A stretch of 64,000 bases of DNA from positions 26,226,001-26,290,000 of the forward strand of contig NC_047021.1 of NCBI RefSeq assembly GCF_902652985.1. The letters run 5' to 3'. The translations under genes and the position numbers were made by a program. The number at the start of each line of letters is the position of its first letter. The first letter of the stretch is position 1. Shown one piece after another: positions 53,757-64,000 of the stretch. The stretch comes from Pecten maximus. Taxonomy: Eukaryota. The notes under the pieces were generated by a model that was not told the origin of the DNA, ran no database searches, and worked only from the letters and a program-made list of their open reading frames with translations.

Positions 53757-55452
53757 GGTGATGACGGTCACACGACACATATCAGTGGTGACGGTCACAC
53801 GACACATATCGGTGGTGACGGTCACACGACACATATCGGTGGTGACGGTCACAAGACATATATCGGTGATGACGGTCACACGACACATATCGGTGGTGAC
53901 GGTCACACGACACATATCGGTGGTGACGGTCACACGACACATATCGGTGGTGACGGTCACACGACACATATCGGTGGTGACGGTCACAAGACATATATCG
54001 GTGATGACGGTCACACGACACATATCGATGGTGACGGTCACACACATATCGGTGGTGACGATCACACGACACAATCGGTGGTGACGGTCACACGACACAT
54101 ATCGGTGGTGACGGTCACACAACACATATCAGTGGTGACGGTCACATGACACATATCGGTGGTGACGGTCACACAACACATATCGGTGGTGACGGTCACA
54201 CGACACATATCGGTGGTGACGGTCACACAACACATATCGGTGGTGAGGGTCACACGACACATATCGGTGATGAGGGTCACACGACACATATCGGTGATGA
54301 CGGTCACATGACACATATCGGTGGTGACGGTCACACAACACATATCGGTGATGAGGGTCACACGACACATATCGGTGATGAGGGTCACACGACACATATC
54401 GGTGATGACGGTGACACAACACATATCGGTGACGGTCACACGACACATATCGGTGGTGACGGTGACACAACACATATCGGTGGTGACGGCCACACAACAC
54501 ATATCGGTGGTGACGGCCACACAACACATATCGGTGGTGATAGTCACACAACACATATCGGTAGTGACGGTCACACGACACATATCGGTGACGGTCACAC
54601 AACACATATCGGTGTTGACGGTCACATGACAAATATCGGTGGTGACGGCCACACAACACATATCGGTGGTGACGGTCACAAGACATATATCGGTGATGAC
54701 GGTCACACGACACATATCGATGGTGACGGTCACACACATATCGGTGGTGACGATCACACGACACAATCGGTGGTGACGGTCACACGACACATATCGGTGG
54801 TGACGGTCACACAACACATATCAGTGGTGACGGTCACATGACACATATCGGTGGTGACGGTCACACAACACATATCGGTGGTGACGGTCACACGACACAT
54901 ATCGGTGGTGATGGTCACACAACACATATCGGTGGTGAGGGTCACACGACACATATCGGTGATGAGGGTCACACGACACATATCGGTGATGACGGTCACA
55001 CGACACATATCGGTGGTGACGGTCACACAACACATATCGGTGATGAGGGTCACACGACACATATCGGTGATGAGGGTCACACGACACATATCGGTGATGA
55101 CGGTGACACAACACATATCGGTGACGGTCACACGACACATATCGGTGGTGACGGTGACACAACACATATCGGTGGTGACGGCCACACAACACATATCGGT
55201 GGTGACGGCCACACAACACATATCGGTGGTGATAGTCACACAACACATATCGGTAGTGACGGTCACACGACACATATCGGTGACGGTCACACAACACATA
55301 TCGGTGTTGACGGTCACATGACAAATATCGGTGGTGACGGCCACACAACACATATCGGTGGTGATAGTCACACAACACATATCGGTGTTGACGGTCACAT
55401 GACAAATATCGGTGATGACGGTCACACGACACATATCGGTGGTGACGGTCAC
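53757..55452. repeat. 27-bp minisatellite (GGTCACACGACACATATCGGTGGTGAC)n, about 63 copies, with a 692-bp higher-order duplication
   Basis: Read directly. Paired ORFs are offset by 692 (54146/54838, 54129/54821, 54062/54754). Confidence 0.96.
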
Positions 55453-58400
55453 ATATCACATCGGAGGAGACTATATATTACATAAAATGTTGATAAAGAC
55501 GGTTATACGACATATTTATTAAAGTTATTTCGAGTATGCATTGCATATATTCGACGGTACCTTCACAGAGGAACTTCCAGATAAATCTGAGCTTCCTTGA
55601 TCAATCATATCACAATACGGACACTGAAAGATGTAAAAAGAGCCCTAGAAAATAAATATATAGTTTGTGTATATTGTGTCCTTACGGATATCCAATTTAT
55701 CAAGTTGTGTTATCTTATCCGTCCGCTTGTATTGTGATATTTCCCGGTGTTTACCAAATGGTATTATCTGATACTTTTTTCCATGTCTCTCTGACTGACT
55801 GTTATAAAAGTTCTCCTAGAATCCTTATTCTGTAACAGTGTATTATAATTAGTATCAATTCTGTGATTGGGCGCAGCCCTTGTAAGATTAAGTGGAATAC
55901 AATGTATTTTTTGCTGATGTTGCCAGTAGACAATATGGTTGATTAATATTCCTCATAATATAGTACATATGTTGGTTAATCGGTTTCCGTATTTAATTAT
56001 AATAAGTCAATTACGTTTTGTAATTTTATTATAATACATGTTGTATTCATATATATATATACATGTATATTAATTTATGTACTGATGGGTCATAGACCTA
56101 AAGTCAATAAATGAATTGAATTGATATTTCTTGATGGTGTTTGTAGTGCCCCTACCACAAAGTTACACCTGTTATAAAGGATTAGATATATCTATAAAAA
56201 CATACATGTATACTAGTATGTACAATGTACATAAGGTTTTCCTACTAGTAACCTGTTAACTCTATGTTTTTTGCTTAAATCATTATCGTTACACTATTTT
56301 AAAAAGTAAAATATTATCCGATGAAAAAAGGTTCGAGAAGATTAATTAATATTGTCTATGTCCGCCACTTTGTTTAGCTGTTCATCGAATATTGAAGTAT
56401 ATGTAACTTTAAAATATCCGATCATAAGCAAAATTTCTACATACTGAAATATGGCATTCAGTTTAAATAAATTGTGTCATGATCTTTAAAATAATTTAAA
56501 TGGTGCACATTTTAAAGATAACATTCGATATCCGACAGACCAAGCGCAATCCTGGTAAGGCAAGACGAGTTGTAGTTCTTGTATCGTAAATCTCTTGGGA
56601 AATCAGGGGAGGGTACTCTTCATATATCTACGGATGATCCTTATACTTGTAGTTTAATATCTATGTGTCCCATTCGTCAAAAATGACGGGGCATTCACAA
56701 ATGTGTGATTTGATCCAGCAAACTGTAGATGTACGTATGGCGATTTTTAGCCCACTCACACAAATAACTACAATGTAGTTTAAGAAAATAGTAAATATAT
56801 ATATAAAAAAATAAAACAAATCATTCCATCCTACTAGTTTACAAAACAAGCTAAAATATCTTCTTTTCTAAATACATAATTTAATGTATTAAGTAACAAG
56901 GTTTAGGCCTCTGTGGTATGCTAGATTAAATTAAGTGATCGACAAACTTATGACGTCAGTAATGTGTAACCTTGATATTTGCTCATTACATTGATCTTTT
57001 TTATCGTTTGATATATGGAGTACATAACATGGCCCGTCAGTTACAATATGATCATTGTCAACCCATTGTTCTCTAGGCTCTGTAGGCGTGTGTCACACTG
57101 GAATAAGACATTTATGCGAAACAACAACATTAAGAGTAATCACAGAAGTTTATTTGGCAACTTTCTACGTACAGTATACATATATATTGACATTTACATA
57201 TATTTGCTGTTATTTCCTTTTAATTGTAACAAGTGTAAATGTATTTATGATACTGTTATAAGGATACACAACATTCTCACATAATATTAACGCATTAACA
57301 CAAACAAATAAACGTTTATGAACGGAAGGCACTCTTACACAGTACATTAGAGTCTACCCCAGACTGATAGAGAACTAAATTAACATAGCGAACTGATTGA
57401 CAATCATACCAACTGTGTATGGATTACAGAATATCTATGATCTGGGGGAGGGGTTGTGTTGTTTAATACAGATATAAATATAGAGATTATACAACAAAAA
57501 ATATGGAATGCTCCACAGGTATACAGTAGTAATTATACATGGATACATATGTAGATAGCTTGACTGGCTAACAGTTAACTAATGACAACTTCAAATTAAA
57601 CGTTAAATAGGTATCCTTTTATGCAGATGCATAATGAACATGCATACTTGCAGAAATCTGATGTCATTATTTGCTGTAAAAATGTGGGAATTCGGAAAAG
57701 TAACACGTGCAGTACTGCCAGGAAGACATGCTATATTGACTAATGCTGAGATAAGGTATCTGTACAGTGATTTGGCGCTGAGGATTTTAATATCACATCA
57801 TGATTAACATGTTCAGACTCTTGAGGAGTAATACAACACTGTGTACATTACTTCAGGGGACAGAATACCAATGAAAATTGAACTGATATAATACAGTCCA
57901 TATAAAATTTAAACATCGTTGTGACTTTTCAAAGAACAGTGCAATGACTTCATCAATTTACAGCAAATGCAAAACTGGTCGTGGTTCTTAACTTGGTGCA
58001 ATCTGAACATACTAAACATTGAAATGTACATTCTTTGGTTGAGCATATAATAAAATAAACATAAAATTTGTTCTCGTTCGATCCTGAATTAAATAGTTGG
58101 AAACTCGTTGAATTTTGTTGCATTATAACACGTGTAACGTGGTGTAACAGTTCAGTGTACATGTGCTGTGAACAGATTTGCATGATAATTTATATACAAT
58201 CCAACATAACCACTGGTTACTGATGAATCTTTCTCCTGAGAGGGAGCAACTATAACACACAGGCTTCTTGTCACACCCCTAATGGTTAGTTATTTTTTGG
58301 CAAATATTAGGTATAAATAAAAATGTATAAAACAATACATTGGAATAAACAATTAAAGGGATATGTTTTTCTTATTCCTTAAACAAACAGTTAACACGTA

Positions 58401-61119
58401 AAATCATGAAACATTTCTCTTTGGGATTCAATAAAAATACCAGAATTTTTATTGAAAAAAAATGTGCACTTATGATCATGGGTCTATAATAAATTACTAC
58501 GATTTTATATGATGCTGATATCACGTCATTGACAGAAATGTGATTTAAAGTTTCTTACATCAAAGTTTGTAATTTACCACTCCCTCATAAACCAGTCTGC
58601 CACACAGGACCAGCCAACGATTCAATGAACGAAGGGACATAACTCTTACACAACACGTCCATTCGTATATACATTGTATGGAGGTAGGGTCTTTCTCATG
58701 AGTAAATCATGCATGAAATATTCTTATTAAAGTGAAAAGCGTAAACCAGTCTTAAAAGAAATAAAGAATTGAAATAAGTTTAATTAACATATCGGCACAT
58801 CTGTCATCATGTACATACTTGTCAGGACAATTTGTCAAAATCTCAAGCCTGTAGTACAGTGTACATGCAGTCTATCCAAAGACTGATGGGGAAGCGTAAA
58901 ATAAGGAAAACATTGCTGGTTCTGAGTGAGTTTCCTGAAATTCTATCATACTCACCGAGCCCTGTTAAAGTTTAGATGAAGGACTCTGTAATTAGCTTGA
59001 GTCACACATGAAATCCAAGACTGGAAAAGCCAAACTGAACATATCATCTACATTTTTTTAGCAATATCCACATATCTTGAAAAACAGCTTCTCTCTAAAA
59101 ACTTGCTGAATTCAATAGGGAGGTAAACATTGGTGTACTAATTTTAAATTGGCTACATACATGTACACATTTAATACCTGATAGACAATTAGCCTATTGC
59201 AATACGATACATATTCTCAGAAAAGTACAAATTGTAACTGATGAAGACAATAAAGAAGCTATTTTAACATTTGAAAATACTTTGAGATTATAATGCTAGC
59301 ATAAATATTGGGAACAATTGTCATGAAATTTCTTGAAATGTATTTTTCAATGTTTGTGAAATAAAGAATCTTAATGAAAAGTTGAAGTGTGAAATTTGTG
59401 GACACAACATTATTGTCACTGTTATATCTGTAACTAGATTCATTTACAGATGCCTGAAATATTTCAATAGTTCATTTCTTTTTAATACAAAATGTAATAA
59501 TGGAAAAAACATCTTGAATAAATATAAGCACTTCTAAAATTCTGAGAAAAAATACATGGGTTAGATATATACTGCAGTATACTTAAAAACATTATATAAA
59601 CCTTCATGTTTTGTTAACATCTTAAATATTATAGAAAAATGTAGTTCATGGATTGCCTGAGCCAAAAGTGAACATATTAGAAAAAATTCTAATATCTAAT
59701 TTAAAATCTTAACTTTTGTTATCTAAAAACTGTGAACATTATAGACGGCATCAAAAACAGCCACCTTACAGGAGGAAAGAATAGTTTTCGTGCAAACATC
59801 ACTTCATATAAAATATAGGTCACTACTGTTTTCAATTGATAGTTGGGGGTCTGAACAAATTGGTAGATCATAACCTTTCCTGTAAAAATGGATACTCTTT
59901 ATGTTGCAAACAGATCGACAAATAAAATTGGTTATTTGTATATTATTAAAACCAAAATTTTGTTAAATGAAAATGGCACAATTGATAATAGTTAGAAATC
60001 AATATGAGGGAGAGGGCGAGACAACACATTTTCTGACCTCCATTTACCTGGCCCAAAGTTCTGGCCTTTCTGGTCCCACTACACCAATGTTAGACCCACA
60101 ACTCTGGTGATCAACAACTGTATGTATCTCGATCAGCATCCCCTTATAGCTGGCATAAAGCATAGACATGAGATCTTATTGCTGTTAAAATTGATTCGCT
60201 AAAAGGTCTACAGTATGTAAAACAAACAATAACCATTCCATTAAAGACAAAATAGTAAGAAAATTAACAATTCTTTCTTTTTTTAATTAAGAAAACAAAC
60301 CAAAGCCAAACCTGACAAATTTGTACATTATTTTTAAACATGAATATATATATAATTACTTCTGAACATTCAAAGTCATTCAGTCTTAATCAAACTGGAT
60401 ATTTACAATCTACACAAATCACAAATATCACTGATATATTAATATAACTATAAATTCAACAAAACAAAAATGAAATCTGCACAAAACATTTGTTAAAACA
60501 AAGGATTTTACAATGATGAAGCTACAGAAAATAACATTCTCATATATATTGGTATAATATATAAATAAAATTATAATGATTTGGCAGGTGTTTTCAATTA
60601 ACAGCAACTCTTAAATATCACCACCATACAAACATGGCACATTCTACAAGACGAACTCTCTTCATATCCATGTGTAAAACCTTACAAACATAAGCTGTAC
60701 TACGTACATTTCAATGTATCTAAATTTGACTATGTGGAGAACTGACTGTATTACAGTATTTAAATTTGATTATGAGGAGGAAATTACAAAAGAAAATTAA
60801 TTTACAAATACATTTACATATACTGGTCATATTAAAAAACAAATATGATTTAATTCTATTTATTTTTAATGCTGAACAAATGCACCAATATGTTTAACGT
60901 TAAACAAACATTCTGAACTTACAGGCAGAAACAACATCTGATGTGGTGAAGCTCTTGAGCACTACCTGTTGATCAGTTAGGGGAATATTCAACAGTTTAG
61001 TACATTTAAGGAGAATCATCAACATTTTGGTACCTCAAGGGGAATCTAGTGCCACTTTATCAGTACTTCTAAACAAGGATCGAAGCTCTTAACTGGTCAA
61101 TAGATATACATCTAGACAA

Positions 61120-62380
61120 GATGAACCCTTAACATAGGGAAGAGGAGAATCCATACTTGTTCAGAACAAATGGATAAGGAGAACCAATCCTTGCTCAGTA
61201 CATATGGACCAGGAGAACCTTACTTGTTCAGTACGTAGGGATGAGGAGAACCCTTACTTGTTCAATACATACATAAAAGGAGAACCCTTACTTGTTCAGT
61301 ACATATGGGCAAAAAACCTGTACTTGTTCAGAACATATGAGCAAGGAGAATCCTTACTTTGTCTGTACATCTAAACTAGGGGAACCCTTATTTGTTCAGT
61401 ACATATGGACGAGGAGAACCCTTACTTGTTCAGTACGTAGGGATGAGTAGAACCCTTACTTGTTCAGTACATACATACAAGGAGAACCCTTACATGTTCA
61501 GTACATATGGACGAGGAGAACCCTTACTTGTTCAGTACGTAGGGATGAGGTGAACCCTTACTTGTTCAGTACATACATACAAGGAGAACCCTTACTTGTT
61601 CAGTCCATATGGACAAGGATAACCCTTACTTGTTCAGTACGTATGGACAAGGATAACCCTTACTTGTTCAGTACATATGGACGAGGAGAACCCTTACTTG
61701 TTCAGTACGTAGGGATGAGGTGAACCCTTACTTGTTCAGTACATACATACAAGGAGAACCCTTACTTGTTCAGTATGTATGGACAAGGAGAACCCTTACT
61801 TGTTCAGTACATATATGGACAAGGAGAACCCTTACTTGTTCAGTACATATGGATGAGGATAACCCTTACTTGTTCAGTACATACATACAAGGAGAACCCT
61901 TACTTGTTCAGTACATACATACAAGGAGAACCCTTACTTGTTCAGTATGTATGGACAAGGAGAACCTTTACTTGTTCAGTACATATGGACGAGGATAACC
62001 CTTACTTGTTCAGTACATATGGATGAGGATAATCCTTACTTGTTCAGTACATATGGATGAGGGGAACCCTTACTTGTTCCATACATATGGGTGAGGATAA
62101 CCCTTACTTGTTCAGTACATATGGATGAGGGGAACCCTTATTTGTTCCATATATATGGATGAGGATAATCCTTACTTGTTCAGTACATATGGGTGAGGAT
62201 AACCCTTACTTGTTCTGTACTAACGGACTAGGAGAACCCTTACTTGTTCTGTACTAACGGACTAGGATAACCCGTACTTGTTCAGTACATATGGGTGAGG
62301 AGAACCCTTACTTGTTCTGTACTAACGGACTAGGAGAACCCTTACATGTTCTGTACTAACGGACTAGGAGAACCCTTATT
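61120..62380. repeat. ~34-bp minisatellite (GGAGAACCCTTACTTGTTCAGTACATATGGACGA)n, about 37 copies
   Basis: Period 34 (61411, 61445) with recurring variant units. Confidence 0.93.
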
Positions 62381-63105
62381 CATTTTTCAGTATAGATCAG
62401 ATGTAGATCTTCTACAGGGATTTTCCCCTGCTACCTGGTGAGATGATTATTTAATTACTTTATATTAAAGCCATAGTATGTATGAAAAGGGTATACTTAC
62501 AACTTTACCTATACATTTGGAAATCAAGTCCTAGCTAGTATATATTAATACATCTTTCATTAAAACACAAGAAATATTAAATGATATTTGTGTAGTTCAA
62601 TGACAATCTTACTCCTTCATATTTTCACAATATTTCATACGAATAACTTAAATTCTAACAGAACTTCTATTGGAATTGTAGCTATAACAAGGGCAAAACA
62701 TTTATATCAACTTTAAATATGACCTGACCAACCAACATTATACCAGGTAGAATGTAATGATCACACATTTCAGATGATAAATATTGGGTAAGCTGACTAT
62801 GTGTTAAAACTCCTGGAAGACAGGATCTATCACAGACTATTTCTACCTTGGTTGTTAACAGTAAATGCATTGTCTGCTGTGCATGTGTGGTTATCACTGT
62901 ACAAAAAGCACCATTGTGTGTTTGGTCACTGTCCTCTATCTACATCTAGTGTGAAACCTAACAAGTGATATCACCCTCACCAACATCACAAACAACAACT
63001 GTTCTATACCTGCATTCTATAAAAAGGCACGGTGATGTAACATCTCCCATGCTTGTTACTGCAAACACATAAATCAATATATCTGTCTCTAAGAACCTAT
63101 TGTTA

Positions 63106-63369
63106 TCATTTCTTTTTCTTCTTTCCTCCTTTCTTTCCTTTCTTCTTTGGTGCATCAGCCCATCCAAATCCACGTTTATCCAGAGCGTCTGGGGCATCGT
63201 GTGCTATGTAATATAAATTTTCCATGGCTGGACCACTCATAATATCGACTTCAGTCTTTTCTGCTTTAGCAGATTTAGCTGACGCTGCTTTTGACTTTTT
63301 TCCTGATTTTTTGCCAGATTTCTTTCCTCCCTTTTTAGCAGATTTTTTTCCACTTTTCTTTTTTCCAGG
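63106..63369 (-). CDS. SMKR1: Small lysine-rich protein 1, main/last coding exon (87 aa; ATG presumably on an upstream exon)
   Basis: Acceptor tcatattacag| then [93 protein letters not shown]. The core matches the SMKR1 motif EVDILSPAAMLNLYYIAHN..D.L..RGF.W. Missed by the ORF track. Confidence 0.92.
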   Translation of the reverse strand, partial: PGKKKSGKKSAKKGGKKSGKKSGKKSKAASAKSAKAEKTEVDIMSGPAMENLYYIAHDAPDALDKRGFGWADAPKKKGKKGGKKKKK

Positions 63370-64000
63370 CTGTAATATGATAATTCAAATTTCAGTTAAG
63401 TCTTGTATATTGGTTAAATATCCCCTAAAGTTGATGACAACATGGTGTCTTACCTAACCAGATGTCATTCACTGAAGAAAACAAAGAGGGGTGACTGGTA
63501 ACAAATGCACTTAACACTCAATCAATTTTAACATTGCTGTTTAAAAAGTTGTAAAGGCAACACAGAAATAATGGATTCCTTGATGTACGGCCCGATAAGG
63601 TTTGTTTGTTGGCTGCGTTCATTTTGAAGCGGGGTCTCCTTGTAGTAGTTGGTGACTACGTCACTGAACAACATACAGGAGGTCTGTTGCATGCCATCAA
63701 GAGCAATTAGGGTTAATTTAAGTGCCTTGCCTAAAGACAGTACCATGACAGCACAGTAAGGAAATACAAATCATTATCTACATGTGTATATACTTTTCAA
63801 TCCATCCAAGAATTGGAATTAATTTTCATTGATGATTTTTTAATTTCAAACTGTGATAATATGTGGTATGATTTTTATAGCCAGGTGTTTTCTTCTGGCA
63901 ACAAATTTTTAATTTACTAGGTACAATATCTAACTACAGATTTTTTTTTTGTAATATAATCAGCCATGTTGTGTCTAACTTCAGTGAGTCATGATCTAAT

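Noticed and set aside
53739-55485. His/Gly-rich and Cys-rich ORFs resembling metal-binding or biomineral proteins
   Set aside because: Open in several frames on both strands and broken by indels; a by-product of a 27-bp repeat.
910-62380. CRISPR-like appearance of the 26-34-bp repeat arrays
   Set aside because: Units are head-to-tail with no unique spacers, there are no cas genes, and the context is eukaryotic.
63224-63457. 77-aa Phe-rich + strand ORF
   Set aside because: Antisense shadow of the Lys-rich SMKR1 exon.

Overview
AT-rich animal genomic DNA with spliceosomal introns, degenerate transposons and about 14 minisatellites. The repeat types suggest a mollusc, probably a bivalve (inference). 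Almost all ORFs in the supplied track are spurious. Two real genes lie on the minus strand. (1) A 4-exon gene (ATG 44905, stop 13321, 28.6-kb first intron) encodes a ~225-aa protein with a signal peptide, an NtA/TIMP-like Cys domain, a Pro/Thr/Glu stalk and a GPI-anchor signal. As written, exon 2 has an apparent +1 frameshift at the expected conserved Cys. (2) The main coding exon of SMKR1 lies at 63106-63369. Mobile DNA includes a CR1/L2-type LINE RT remnant, a probable Penelope-like 3' remnant, a PIF/Harbinger deletion derivative, a rearranged TIR element with internal ~200-bp repeats, and an interrupted tRNA-like SINE head. The most notable observation is a 49-bp tandem repeat (3932-4112) whose unit is essentially a minimal hammerhead ribozyme; its palindromic stem III is completed by the neighbouring unit. 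Also notable are three unrelated minisatellites carrying CACGTG E-boxes around the GPI-protein gene, and an acceptor-region minisatellite abutting exon 2. All analysis was by eye; no searches or folding programs were run.
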